Part shown: positions 35,338-60,561 of the stretch, one piece after another
How the letters are laid out: every line of letters starts with the position of its first letter
Numbering within the stretch: position 1 is the stretch's first letter
Origin: Macrostomum lignano
Taxonomy: Eukaryota
Direction: 5' to 3'
Assembly (NCBI GenBank): GCA_002269645.1
Contig: NIVC01002495.1
Span: 1-64,000, forward strand
Length of the DNA stretch: 64,000 bases
Notes under the pieces: model-generated
What the model was told of the DNA's origin: nothing
Database searches by the model: none
What the model saw: the letters and a program-made list of their open reading frames with translations, nothing else
Program-made: the position numbers and the translations under genes

Positions 35338-35750
35338 GGCCTCTGATGTAACAGATTGGCGCCTGTCTAACAGCTGATGGCCTCAGATGTAACAGATTGG
35401 CGCCTGTCTAACAGCTGACAGCCTCAGATGTAACAGATTGGCGCCTGTCTAACAGCTGACAGCCTCAGATGTAACAGATTGGCGCCTGTCTAACAGCTGA
35501 TAGCCTCAGATGTAACAGATTGGCGCCTGTCTAACAGCTGACAGCCTCAGATGTAACAGATTGGCGCCTGTCTAACAGCTGATAGCCTCAGGTGTAACAG
35601 ATTGGCGCCTGTCTAACAGCTGATAGCCTCAGGTGTAACAGATTGGCGCCTGTCTAACAGCTGATAGCCTCAGGTGTAACAGATTGGCGCCTGTCTAACA
35701 GCTGATAGCCTCAGGTGTAACAGATTGGCGCCTGTCTAACAGCTAACGGC
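35338..35750. repeat. 41-bp tandem repeat, ~10 copies
   Basis: Unit GCCTCAGATGTAACAGATTGGCGCCTGTCTAACAGCTGATA. Confidence 0.93.
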
Positions 35751-36659
35751 CTCTTTGTAACAGGTGAGCTAGTAAAAAGTAAAAAGTAGCCAATATCTGA
35801 TAGATAACGGCCCATAGTGCCACCAAAAGCCAGCTGACTGCCACATCTTTTTAATCCCCAACTTTTGTTTTCCATTCACAATCGTTTGTCTCCTGACTTT
35901 TCGTCCCAGGTTACGCATGCAAGCCTCCACCGATGTTTGCTTGTTGAGAAGTTTTTCATTTCAAAAAGTAAAAAATGAAATCATTGTGGCACGCAATTTT
36001 CGAGCTACTTTTGAGATGCTCTTGCTGCTGGCTCCGCTCATAGCTCTAGTCATAGCTGCACTTTTTGTTTTAATTTGACGACCTAATTAGCTTAATAAAA
36101 TGGTTTTATTGTTTCCCTTGTTTCAGGGATCAATACCTGCTCACCCTATCAAATTTAAGCTATTTACACTTTCGCACTTTATACTGGCGCAAGGCCTTCG
36201 GCGACATTGTCTCACAGCCAGCGCTGAGGCCATTCAGCCCATTCCGTTGACTCCTGAGCACATGCAAGCGCCAATGCTGTACGCAGGTGTTGTGAAACTA
36301 CAACTTAACTTAGATTTGAATTGCAATATATTTTATGAGTTAACGATGAAAAGGATTGGGGCGAGAAACTTAACTGCGAGAAAGAACTGTAAAAGGAAAT
36401 TAGTCTATGGTAAATTATGACAAACTGAGTTGCAAATAAAAAGTAAAACAAAATACCCATACGACTCCCCCCTCCAATTGCGGAGCACGGGGAAAAGAGA
36501 CTGTAACTGAAGTCTAAAATGGTGGAATAGCTTAAATGATTAAAACGAAGTGGGTGGACAGTTACGAGCTAAATACGAGCTAAATTTTATGAGAGGTTGA
36601 ACATTGAGAAACATTGAGAACATTGAAACAGCAGTCAGTAGACGTTATACATTACAAGG

Positions 36660-39600
36660 TTAATAATAAATGTAATCATTATGGCGTCGGAATTGGACTC
36701 GGCGGCCGCTAGACGTCGCTCTAAGAGGTGATGAGTCCACTGGTTCCTCTGGTTTTGCGGCTTTTTCCGGCAGCGGGTTCGCGGCCGGCTGAACAGCAGG
36801 CTTCGGAGACGACAGTCGCGCCGGCTTGAGGCGATCGATAGAGACAGATTCGGTGTTGCCTGACGGTAGGAAAATAACGAAGAACTTGTCGGTTCGCTGT
36901 TTCACGCGATACGGCCCTGAGTACGGCGCCTCGAGCGGCAACCGCACGCGATCGACCCGAACCCAGACGAATTAAGCCATTTCCAGGTCCTTGGGTACGT
37001 AGCTCCGTGGTTCGTGCGTCTTCGCGTGTGGACTCGGTAACTCTGTCAGCAGTTTCTGCAGCCGTGTCCGAATGTCCGTTGGGGCGAGTGGTTCGGAAGT
37101 TAGAACGCGCGGAACCATCGGAAGCTCGCCGTTAACTCTGATGAACGGTGATACTCCTTGGTCATCAGGTGCGACGTGTATCGCGAGGAGAGCCACAGGT
37201 AGGTCTGTCAGCCATTCATTGGCTCGAGCACGTAGCATCGTCTTCAGGGTGCGATGGGCTCGCTCGACCTTGCCATTGGTTTGAGGGTGGTACGCCGTTG
37301 TGCGTAATCGATGAAAACCAATTAATGACGAGACCGAGTAAAATAATTCTGATTCGAACTGGCGCCCCCAATCAGTGATTACATACAGTGGCACTCCGTA
37401 GCGCGAGACCCAAGACGAGACGAATGCATGGGCGACTACTTCCGCGTTTATTGATTCCAGTGGTGTAGCTTCTAGCCAGCCAGTCGAGCGGTCGACCATC
37501 GTGAGAAGGTAGCGGGCAGACTGGTGGCCAAAGGTGGTGGCATTAGCTGGTGGAAGTGGTCCCACAATATCGATGTGTACCGCCTCAAAGCGATTTGATG
37601 GTAGTGCGAAGGCCTGTTGCGGGGAGACAGTGTGGCGAGTGAGTTTACTCCTAGCAGTCCTGGCAGTTCCAGCAGTAGGTCTTGATGGACTTGCGCATTC
37701 CGGGCCAAAAGTAACGTTCTGTGATGAGTTTTGCTGTTTTACGATAGCCGAAATGACAAAGTCGATGGAAGGAAGCAATCACGGCGTCGCGGAGAGACGG
37801 TGGAATGATCGGGCGAGGATACGGCGTTGACGTCTCACACCAAACGACGACGTCTTTGTCTAGAGAATACGAGCGGATATTTGGTGCAGGTCAGGTGAGA
37901 ACGACTCCGGTCGTTGTGCTTCAGCGATACTGGGCAGGTCAACAGGGAATTGGCTTGATGGGGCAGCGACTACAGCGGCTGTTGCGATGTTGGACACATG
38001 ATCATTCACTGGAAAGTCAGGCAGTCGAGAGAGGGCATCAGCTATTACGTTGTCTGCACCGCGAATGTACTGGACATCTGCCACGTACTCGGACAAGACG
38101 GTCAAGTAGCGCTGATTGCAATCTGACGTAGTGGTGCGATTGGCGTGGAAGGCCTGAGCTAGTGGTTTATGATCGGTGAACAAGGTCACGCTCAGTCCTT
38201 CAATGAGGCTGCGGAAGTGCAACACTGCCAGGTACGCCGCGAGTAGTTCTCGGTCAAACGTGCTGTACGTCCTTTGAGATGACGAAAACTTCTTGCTGAA
38301 CATGCCAAGAGGTGACGTTCCGGTTGAAGAAGTTTGATGCAGAACGGCACCAACACAGTCGTCTGAGGCATCAGTGTACAGGTGGTACGCAGTACAGTTG
38401 GGGTCCGGATGATGCAGCAGTAGTCTCTCTGAGAGAGCTTGTTTGATGTTTTCGAAAGATTTCTGATGCTGCTCTGTCCATTGGAAGTTTCCTGCTGACT
38501 GTAGTGATGCAGTGAGTAGGTCTTGCAGCCGACAGATGCGGTCAGCGAAATTTGGAACGAATCGGCGGTAGAAACCGACGACACCGAGGAAGCGCCGAAG
38601 TGCGTTCGAATCCGTGGGTGTCGGCCAGTCAGTGATTATTTGGATCTTCTTCTGGAGAGGTTTTATTCCTTCAGAAGTCACGCGATGGCCAAGGAAATCT
38701 ACTTCGGACTGAAAGAATTCGCACTTCTTCAAATGAACCTGTAGGCCGTGTGTTCTTAGGCGGTCCAAAACTTGTTCCAAATGCGAGTAGTGGTCCTCAC
38801 GAGTGTTTGAGAATATCAGGACATCATCGATGTAAGAGATGACGAATGACAGTCCGTGAAAAACAGAGTCGATGAAACGTTGAAATGTTTGTGCTGCATT
38901 CCTCAGGCCGAAGGGATGCGTGTGTACTCAAACAATCCAAACGGTGTGGTGATAGCGGTTTTGCAAATATCCTCTTCGGCGACTGGAATTTGATGAAAGG
39001 CGCGAACAAGGTCTAACTTTGAAAACACAGTGCTTCCGTGTAGGTACCGAGTGAAGGTTTGAATGTGTGGAACCGGATAGTTGTCCGGCTTTATTCGTTT
39101 GTTCAATTCGCGATAGTCACCGCACGAACGCCAGCCAGCTCCCTTGGGTGCCATGTGGAGGGGTGACGCCCAAGGGCTTGAGGAAGGTCTGAGGTAGCCA
39201 GCATCGATTAGCTGCTGAAACTCCTGCTTTGCAGCCTGTAGTTTTGCAGGGTGCAGTTGCCGGGGTCGCAAGTGAACCGGTTGTCCACTGCCAGTGTCTA
39301 GCCGGTGAACAGTGTCATGCTTGACCTCTGAAGCTGGCGGAAGGGCTCCGCCTTCAACGAAAGAAAAACAATCTGCAAACTTTGTCAACAGCGTACTCGT
39401 CCGAGAATCCAGGTTGGGTGGCAGTTCTACCGACACAGTGAACGGGCCACAATTAACATTTGAAATTGACAAGGTAACAGTAGACAGTCCTGTTTCTGAG
39501 TCTCGAACGTGTTTGCGCTGACAATCGACAACTAACCCATGGTGAGCCAAGAAATCGTAACCAATGATGGGTTTCACCACTGACGCCACGAGGAAGGTCC

Positions 39601-39870
39601 ACTGGAAGGCGCGACGCAAACCGCGGATTGAGACATCCAGTAGGACCGACCCGCGAACTGGTATGGCGGCTCCGGTAGCAGTAATTAAACGAACGTTTGT
39701 ATCTTGAACGAGTGCGTTAACGAGGTGAGGTGGAACAATGGAAACCGAGGCTCCGGTATCCACAAGAAACTTGCTGTAGGTATTGTTGATTTTAACATCT
39801 AACTCCAAACAGGTGGTCGATGGTATCTCGGCACTGCGCACCGCGACCTCGGTCGCAGTGCGACTTAGTT
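36660..39870 (-). pseudogene. pol (protease-RT-RNase H-integrase), several frameshifts
   Basis: [10 protein letters not shown] (PR); [12 protein letters not shown] and YIDD (RT); DASDDCVGAVL...DRELLA (RH); HIDIVGPLP...TDWGRQFES...NGKVERAH (IN). Confidence 0.92.
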
Positions 39871-40750
39871 TTCCGGCTGTCGAGAAGGTGATGATGAACG
39901 CGACTGAGATGGCGTTTTTTCATTGGGATGCAGCACTCGGATCGGACGCGAGCTGTCCTTGGGAAACTGGCACCAGGGGCGACACGACCGAGCACGGCGG
40001 CCATAGTAGAGGTGTGAGCGGCAAACGACGGGGCGCTGGCCAGGCTTATTGGGTCTGTTCCAGTGGGCTTACCAGGTGCTTGTCGGTGTGGAGCTTGCTC
40101 AAAGCGCAGTTGGGGTGTCCGATCTGCACCGGCCTGCTGAATTGGGCAAACTGTCGCTGGCGATGGAGAGCTAAGGCCTCTGACGATCAACATTGAGTCA
40201 GCAATCTCGGAAATTTGCTGGGATGACTGCTGTTGGCATCCCGAAAGTGCGATACAAAGGTCCCGTGGAAGACAGCGCATCAGTGTGGACTTGAGAAGTT
40301 CCTCGTCGAGCTGTATCTGGCACTGCTCCATCTTGCTCCGGAGCTTGCGCATGAAGATTGATGGCTGGTCTCCTCCGAGGTCCGAGACTTGCAATACTTC
40401 CGAAACCTTCTCCTGCTTGGACTTCTGCAGAGTCGATGTAATCGCTGTTTTCAGTTGTTCGTACTGTTTTGGAGTCTGAGCGGACAAGTGCAGGGCCGCG
40501 ATATCCTCCGGTAGATGAGAGACTAGGTGGTAAAATCTGGCGGTCTCGCTGGTCACCCTGTTGAGCATAAACTGGGCCTCCAGTGTGAGGAACCATGCTT
40601 CCGGGTTGTTGCGATAGAAGATTGGCAGCTTCAGGTGAGCTAGGGAGACTGAAGCGGTGTCGGCGGCGTTTCCTACTGCAGTTGTAACCACTGGTGCGGC
40701 GTTATAGGTGGTGTAGGAGCGGAACTGTTGCTGGCACTGTCCGTCATTGG
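39865..40750 (-). pseudogene. gag of the CsRn1-like element (frameshifted)
   Basis: KLPIFYRNNPEAWFLTLEAQF N-terminal motif; the CHCC knuckle (39970-40023) is in a shifted frame; ends CCGGAAAACTAA with a GGAAAAC slippery site. Confidence 0.85.
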
Positions 40751-41464
40751 ATTCGTCTCATGTGAGTACTGAGTATGCGGGTATAATATCTTTCGCCGCC
40801 TCACCGGACCAATTTGTAGCGGAACTACAACTTATCTTAGATATGAATTGCAATATATTTTATGAGTTACGATGAAAAGGATTGGGGCGAGAAACTTAAC
40901 TGCGAGAAAGAACTGTAAAAGGAAATTAGTCTATGGTAAATTATGACAAACTGAGTTGCAAATAAAGAGTACAACAAAACACCCACACAGGCGCGCACTC
41001 ATGCACACGCTCACACAGGGTGTACAGCGGCACTGACTCTTGCTAGTGTATTTTTTTACCATTTTGGCAAAAAAGTCAGCGTCTTTAAAATGATTTTCCA
41101 GATCAAAAAACTTTCGGGAAGATGTCTGATTTTTACTTTCGCTCCGAATCTTCAACGCTGCTTGTTGGCATTAAAGTCAAAGGCGCGTGACGAGCAGACT
41201 AATTAGATTGACTTGGCTGCAGAGCAGTGCGCAGGTGACTTGTCATCAGGATCTAAATTTCTTTGATTATGCGTCAAGGAAGACTCTTTGTCTTTGTCTA
41301 TTCGAGTAAATGTCTACCCAGCCTTGATGAGACTTTTGATTTTAATTAGAGAGCAGATGACTCTGGAAGGCCGCTATCTGATACTTAATCAGTGTGATCG
41401 GTAAACATGAAAAGTTTGCGACCTGGGCCTATAAAAATTAATTTTTTACAGCATTCTTTCGATG

Positions 41465-41985
41465 TTATGACTAGTATCATGCCGACTATGACCAGTATCA
41501 TGCCGACTATGACCAGTATCATGCCGCCTATGACCAGTATCATGCCGACTATGACCAGTATCATGCCGCCTATGACCAGTATCATTCCGACTATGACCAG
41601 TATCATGCCGACTATGACCAGTATCATGCCGACTATGACCAGTATCATGCCGCCTATGACCAGTATCATTCCGACTATGACCAGTATCATGCCGACTATG
41701 ACCAGTATCATGCCGACTATGACCAGTGTCATGCCGACTATGACCAGTGTCATGCCGATATGAGGAGTATCATGCCGACTATGACCAGTGTCATGCCGAC
41801 TATGACCAGTGCCATGCCGACTATGACCAGTATCATGCCGACTATGACCAGTATCACGCCGACTATGACCAGTATCATGCCGACTATGACCATTATCATT
41901 CCGACTATGACCAGTATCATGCTGACTATGACCAGTATTATACCGAATATGACTAGTATCATGCCGACTATGACTAGGTTCATGT
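41465..41985. repeat. 21-bp minisatellite (ATGACCAGTATCATGCCGACT)
   Basis: Directly visible. Confidence 0.95.
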
Positions 41986-42284
41986 GGTGAGCATGAGCAT
42001 GGTCATAAATTAATCATGGCCAGCCACGCAGAAAAAGCTGCAGTGCACAGATTGAAAATGCAAGCTATTCATAGAATCATAGATCAGACATCATATGGGT
42101 CATAAAGTTGGCATGACTAGGCTCATTGTTCTAGCGCAAATACGATCATGAGTTTGGAATTACTAGGTTATTAAATCTAAAATTACCAAGAATAAAAAAT
42201 TAAGAATGACTAGGCCCATTGATCTCGACTGGCCAAGGTCGACATGGATTTTCTATATTTAAATCTTTCGAATAACATGAACAG

Positions 42285-42970
42285 ATTCATAGATCTAGCA
42301 TGAGCAGAGTCATAGATCTAGCATGGGCAGAGTCATAGATCTAGCATGAGCAGAGTCATAGATCTAGCATGAACAGATTCATAGATCTAGCATGAGCAGA
42401 GTCATAGATCTAGCATGGGCAGAGTCATAGATCTAGCATGAGCAGAGTCATAGATCTAGCATGAGCAGAGTCATAGATCTAGCATGGGCAGAGTCATAGC
42501 TCTAGCATGAGCAGAGTCATAGATCTAGCATGGGCAGAGTCATAGATCTAGCATGAGCAAAGTCATAGATCTAGCATGGGCAGAGTCATGGATCTAGCAT
42601 GAGCAAAGTCATAGATCTAGCATGAGCAGAGTCATAGATCTAGCATGAACAGATTCATAGATCTAGCATGAGCAGAGTCATAGATCTAGCATGGGCAGAG
42701 TCATAGATCTAGCATGAGCAGAGTCATAGATCTAGCATGAGCAGAGTCATAGATCTAGCATGGGCAGAGTCATAGCTCTAGCATGAGCAGAGTCATAGAT
42801 CTAGCATGGGCAGAGTCATAGATCTAGCATGAGCCGAGTCATAGATCTAGCATGGGCAGAGTCATAGATCTAGCATGAGCAGAGTCATAGATCTAGCATG
42901 GGCAGAGTCATAGATCTAGCATGAGCAGAGTCATAGATCTAGCATGACTAGAGTCATTGATCTAGCATGA
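42285..42970. repeat. 23-bp minisatellite (TCATAGATCTAGCATGAGCAGAG)
   Basis: Directly visible. Confidence 0.95.
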
Positions 42971-43412
42971 CCAAGGGTTATAAAATCAAATTGATCAGGG
43001 TTATGTAGCTAGCATGACCAGGGTCATATACGTAGCATGATAAACTCATATATTTAGAATGACTAAGCTCATAAATCCAGTATGACCATGATCTACAAAG
43101 GACTAAGTCTCTCGATCAATATGACTGGATTAGAAGATTTGAAATGACCGAATATAAAGTTTCAGTATGACCAATGACCACAGTCATAGATATACAATGA
43201 CCAGCTATCAGTATCAAAGATACATGTGGATAAAAGAAGCAACTAAATAACCGGCACTACAACATCCAATCATGAGCGAAGAGCACTGAGATGGCCACAG
43301 TTTTATGAATAAATATCTCACATATATCTCCCCTGATCCCACACAGAGTCCCTCTTGCTTCCCATTGAAATTGAACTCAACATAGAAGAATTCAGAGCAA
43401 ATTCAAAAACGC

Positions 43413-55685
<12,273 letters not shown>

Positions 55686-56374
55686 TGAAGAGTAGTAGGT
55701 CCGCTGAGATACCAGGGATACCGCCTGTTGAAGAGACACTTTTCCCCAACCTGAGACTGCATCAGACTCGTAAAATACGTTTTGTCCTTTTTAAAACGTC
55801 GTGACCCACAACATTTTCTCACAAAAGGCGGTCGATTGACCTTCTTTGACCGTTGCACTTTTGACGATTTTTTGCGACTGTGTTGACTCTAAGACCTCCT
55901 TTACCAGCTCATTTAGTTAGCTAGTTGTATTATTGTTGTACTTACACAAATGAATACGCTATAATCTGGACCAGATAACTATATTGGTCCTTAATGGTAA
56001 ATCACTGTACTAAGTAACGCTTTAGAGCTCATAATAATAGTAACTGTTGTGACCACTGTGCATCCGACTCATCATATACGATTTGCACTTTTTGCTGTCC
56101 ACATTGCCTGTGCGGACAATTTAAACTTATCAATTTAAACTCATTGTAAGTTTATTACAATGAGGCTTCGGCTTGCTGACTTCATTTCAGCCACTAAAGC
56201 CTGCATTGATCTCTCCCCCTTTTTTCTCTCCCCACCCGCACGCTGATTGGCTGAAACCGGTTTTGTCTGCTCTCTCCCCCCAGCCCCAGTCTGTCTGCCC
56301 CCTCTCATCTTAGCCCCAACTCATTTTTATCGCAACCTGTTTTTTTATCGATTTTATGGGGCTCCAGCCCCAAG

Positions 56375-57325
56375 TAGGGATTCCAAAATCATTTAAATCA
56401 AAATCAAAATCACAATCCCGGGATTGAATAGTCCCGAAATCCCGATGCTGTTGAAATCCCGGGATTCAAAATCCCGGAATCCCGGTGCTTTTGCAATCCC
56501 GGGATTAAAAATCCCGGGATTCGATTCCCAAAAAAATCCCGGGATTCAAATCCCGGATTTTTGGCCCCAATCCCGGGATCCCGGGATCCCGGGATTGGAA
56601 TCCCTAAATTGCTAGACGGACTGTGCGGCGTGCCGCGTGCAGTAGTCATGGTCTCGCGACTCTCAGAGTCTCAGGGCCTTTTCATATTACCAATTCCAGA
56701 ACCAGAATCGGTTCGGAATTCGAAGAAAAACAGCAGTATAACTATTAAACTCTGTTAATATTTGACTGCCTTAACAGCCTCACTTTGCACGATTTTTCAC
56801 TTTCTTCTTGGCGACTGTCATTCAATAATAAAAACTTTATAGCACGTATCTCCCTCTAGTTATGGAGACAAAAAGTTTATACTTCACAAATTGGTTCTTG
56901 TTCTGGAACCAGAGCAAGCAATATGAAAAGGCCCTCAGTCTCGTCTCGTGGTAGAAAACGAAAAAAAGTTAAAATTATCTATCATTTACAGTTCACATTA
57001 ACAATTTTTAGCTCAATTAGGACAGGAGCTTTGCAAATGTTTAACGTTTCATTGAGAAACAGCAAAAACAAATAAATGTTTTATTATTCAAATAAACGTT
57101 TAGACTTTAAATTATCTAATTTAGGCATTGAAAGGTCGTTCTGATCCCGGACCAATCCCGGGATTAAGGCCTTGAAATCCCGGGATCCCGATCCCGGTCT
57201 TTTGCAATCCCGGGATTAAAAATCCCGGGATTCGATTCCCAAAAAAATCCCGGGATTCAAATCCCGGATTTTTGGCCCCAATCCCGGGATCCCGGGATCC
57301 CGGGATCCCGGGATTGGAATCCCTA
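56375..57325. mobile_element. hAT non-autonomous element (TAGGGATTCC termini, ATCCCGGG subterminal repeats) with perfect 8-bp TSD
   Basis: TSD GCCCCAAG at 56367-56374 and 57326-57333; termini TAGGGATTCCAA / TTGGAATCCCTA; the right-end block is duplicated internally at ~56490-56606. Confidence 0.85.
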
Positions 57326-57368
57326 GCCCCAAGCTGACTATTATTTGGTTGTGAATTGTGAATTGTTT

Positions 57369-58075
57369 GGGTCTAATGAAAATTGCCCGCAGGAAATTTG
57401 CCCCTCGCGAATTTTGTCCACCGAGAATTGCCCGCCGAAGTTTTCCCACATTTGCATTTCACCTATATTAATTTACAAGTATTTACGAGTCTAGGTCCTT
57501 AAATTTCATTTTTAATTTCATTTTTTAACATGCAATCCTTAAATTCTGTGCTCTTTATCTTTAGTGCTGCTAGGGACGGGTTTGAGTATTTCTGGGCTCC
57601 AGATCGCGTGATCTATAGGACCAGTTGACAGATATATATGTAATTAAAAGATGTAAATCCATACTAGGCGTCTAAGCAAGGTAGTCGTAATATTGAGTAG
57701 AACACATTGTTAGTATAGAGTTATAGTTTAAACTTTACTACTCTTAAATACATGTAAATTAATGTGGGTGAACTGCAAAGGTAGGTAAACTTCGGCGGCA
57801 CTTCAGCGCAACTTTCGTACTCCCGAATTGTTTATCTGTTGGAAAGTTTAACCAAATAAAGAACCAAGTTGAGCCCCTTATAAGTGTGTGCAGTTGCTTG
57901 TACTTTATTTGCTTTTTTTATTTTCTGTGAAGCCGGCGAGGATGGTTGCACCCTTACCCAAATTACTATTGCCCATGAGAATTGCCCGCAGACGAATTGC
58001 CCGCCGAGCTTTTCCCGCCAAGATTTGCCTGCAATGTTTTTATCATTTTTTTTAAAAGAGATTTGCCCGATCAAA
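57369..58075 (+). mobile_element. Two same-orientation arms of a foldback-type element with ~15-bp TTGCCCGC arrays
   Basis: GGGTCTAATGAAAATTGCCCGCAGG at 57369 resembles the terminus at 8565; a second array lies at 57965-58075; no inverted partner seen. Confidence 0.45.
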
Positions 58076-58477
58076 ACTTTTTGATGATGATAACTGCATC
58101 CCCTAAATCTCTTTATTAAGACTTCTAAACATTGGCGCAGCAAGAAAAAAGTATGGCGCATGCATGGCCACACAACGATTGTTTCAAACGAAGGTCTGAT
58201 GCACCAAAAAAATCTGAGCAAAAATCGGTTTTAGCCACAGGAATAAACAGAAATTGGCCTTCAGCAACCTTGCCAGTTTGCCACCAAGGGGCTTGGCCAA
58301 AGCTGCATGGGCCAGAAACAGTGCCGTGAGAAACTTTTTAGCCAACACCGCTTGCTTCTGTGCCACTTGAGAATGAAAAATGAATCACCGCCAGAGATAA
58401 GGGAGCCGGTACCTCGTCTCTGGCTAGACTAGATATGTTGATATTGAAAACACAGAAGTCGAGCGGAATGAGTGCAA

Positions 58478-59208
58478 AAGCTCAGAAACGAGTGAAACTC
58501 TATGAGAATCACTCACTCAGAAATGAGTGGAACTCTATGAGAATCACTCGCTCAGAAATGAGTGGAACTCTGTGAGAATCACTCGCTCAGAAATGAGTGG
58601 AACTCTATGAGAATCACTCACTCAGAAATGACTGGAACTCTGTGAGAATCACTCACTCAGAAATGAGTGGAACTCTATGAGAATCACTCGCTCAGAAATG
58701 AGTGGAACTCTATGAGAATCACTCGCTCAGAAATGAGTGGAACTCTATGAGAATCACTCACTCAGAAATGACTGGAACTCTATGAGAATCACTCACTCAG
58801 AAATGACTGGAACTCTATGAGAATCACTCACTCAGAAATGAGTAGAACTCTATGAGAATCACTCGCTCAGAAATGACTGGAACTCTGTGAGAATCACTCG
58901 ATCAGAAATGAGTGGAACTATATGAGAATCACTCGCTCAGAAATGAGTAGAACTCTACAAGAATCACTCGTTCAGAAATGAGTCGAACTCTATATGAGAA
59001 TCACTCGCTCAGAAATGACTGGAACTCTGTGAGAATCACTCGATCAGAAATGACTGGAACTCTGTGAGAATCACTCGATCAGAAATGACTGGATTCTGGA
59101 ACTCTATAAGAATCACTCGCTCAGAAATGAGTGGAACTCTGTGAGAATCACTCGCTCAGAAATGACTGGAACTCTATGAGAATCACTCGCTCAGAAATGA
59201 CTGGAACC
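58478..59208. repeat. 35-bp satellite, ~20 copies
   Basis: Unit GAGAATCACTCGCTCAGAAATGAGTGGAACTCTAT. Confidence 0.95.
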
Positions 59209-60129
59209 AAAATAGCAGTGAATTTTTGGTCTTAGCTTTCGCTCTTCCGGTTCAACAGCTTAAGCATCTTTTCCCCCAGAGAAAAATGCTGACGAAATCT
59301 GATTCGAACTCGCGCACTTACAAAGTGTAACTTCTACCCAGCAACTATAAGGGAGCTGCCCCTAGGGGGGGTGACTATTTCGTCAGTTTCAGGCTATTCA
59401 CGATCTTGCACGATTCACGTGGGACCGCCCAAGGCTAAAAATATCACGGCACATCCTCCATCACCCTGGCATACAACGAGAGACGAGAGCAGGAACCACC
59501 CCAACTCCCAGAGCCACTCCGATCAAGAATCATATAGAAATGTGAAACAGGCAAATAAATATCAGCCAGCCGTGACGTGGCCAAATGCCAATATATTTCG
59601 CACCCGACACCGGATGCCTGACCTTTAGTCGAAAGATTAAGAAAAAATCTCTCTTTTTTACTAAAATAGGAAAGAAGCGATTTCGTCTCCGCGGCGTGGG
59701 TGGGCGGAGAATAGGACTGCTCTACTGAGTCTGCCTGCTTTAACAGACTCCCAGCTCAGACAGAAGGACAATGTACTTTGAACAAGCAATGCAGAAGTCT
59801 GGCTGCAGAGAGCTAATCCTGCAGCTTAGATGACGAAACTGCACAAATAAGCCATTTGTAAATGAAGGGAAAGCTTTAGCACGACCGGACTGGGTGGGGA
59901 ACAACACGAGGTCGGCCTTGGAGACGCCCGGGGGTTGGGCATAGGTTGGTGGAGGCAATGGAGGGACGTTCTGTACGACTGAATGTCCAAGGGACGAGGG
60001 TTTGAAGCGCCGCCAACCAATGGGAAGCTGCTGTTCAGTGTACAGAGAGGGAGAGAGAAGCGTGAAGGAAAGAACAAGGGGAAGGGGAGTTCTCACCCAA
60101 CCCCCCCAGGAGCTTATTCACGAGGGGCT

Positions 60130-60560
60130 ATTTTAGCACATGGGGTCTGCAACTGCATGCTTTGGTTCCACACAGCCCCCCTCCCCCCTGTTCAACCGCC
60201 GAAGCCGCAAGAAGCCAGCAGTCAGGAGCAGCAGAGCAAACACGTTTCAGCCGCTCGTGTGTTCTGGCAAACCTTCCAAGTAAATTGGTTGCTTGCATTG
60301 CATCTTCGCTTTGAAATATTAAGCCAAGAAGTTCTATATTGGTAAGCCAGTCAGCTGTTGCATTCCATTTTTTACTGTTATTAATCAATGTAATGCTTTT
60401 AGCTTTGGCTTCTGCGACTTTCTGCATGCAAAATTGCAATGTGATGCCTGATGGCATGCTATACTGGCTTTTGTAACGTATGCTTCTTCTAAGTGAATTC
60501 GATTCGCATTCGAAACAGTGCAATCTGGTCCCAACCGCTCGCTCTGTCTGTCTAGGCCAG
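60130..60560 (-). pseudogene. Possible very old hAT transposase fragment
   Basis: ITLQFCMQK...NNSKKWNATADWL loosely resembles the HTLQL...TRWNST..ML region of hAT transposases; weak. Confidence 0.3.
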
Positions 60561-60561
60561 G

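Larger units (their letters stand above)
36288..40987 (-). mobile_element. Ty3/Gypsy LTR retrotransposon, CsRn1 clade (Kabuki/Boudicca-like), 4.7 kb, decayed
   Basis: LTRs at 36288-36461 and 40815-40987; 4-bp TSD CAGG; PBS TGGTCCGGTGAGG; PPT GGAGGGGGGAG; CHCC knuckle CRSHLYYGRRARSCRPWC; domain order gag-PR-RT-RH-IN. Confidence 0.93.

Noticed and set aside
58478-59208. CRISPR-like appearance of 35-bp repeats (also the 37-, 41- and 81-bp arrays)
   Set aside because: The units are head-to-tail with no unique spacers, the context is eukaryotic, and there are no cas genes.
59371-60130. Short ORFs in a GC-rich intergenic block
   Set aside because: There is no similarity to known domains that I can recognise; it may be an old TE remnant but cannot be classified by eye.
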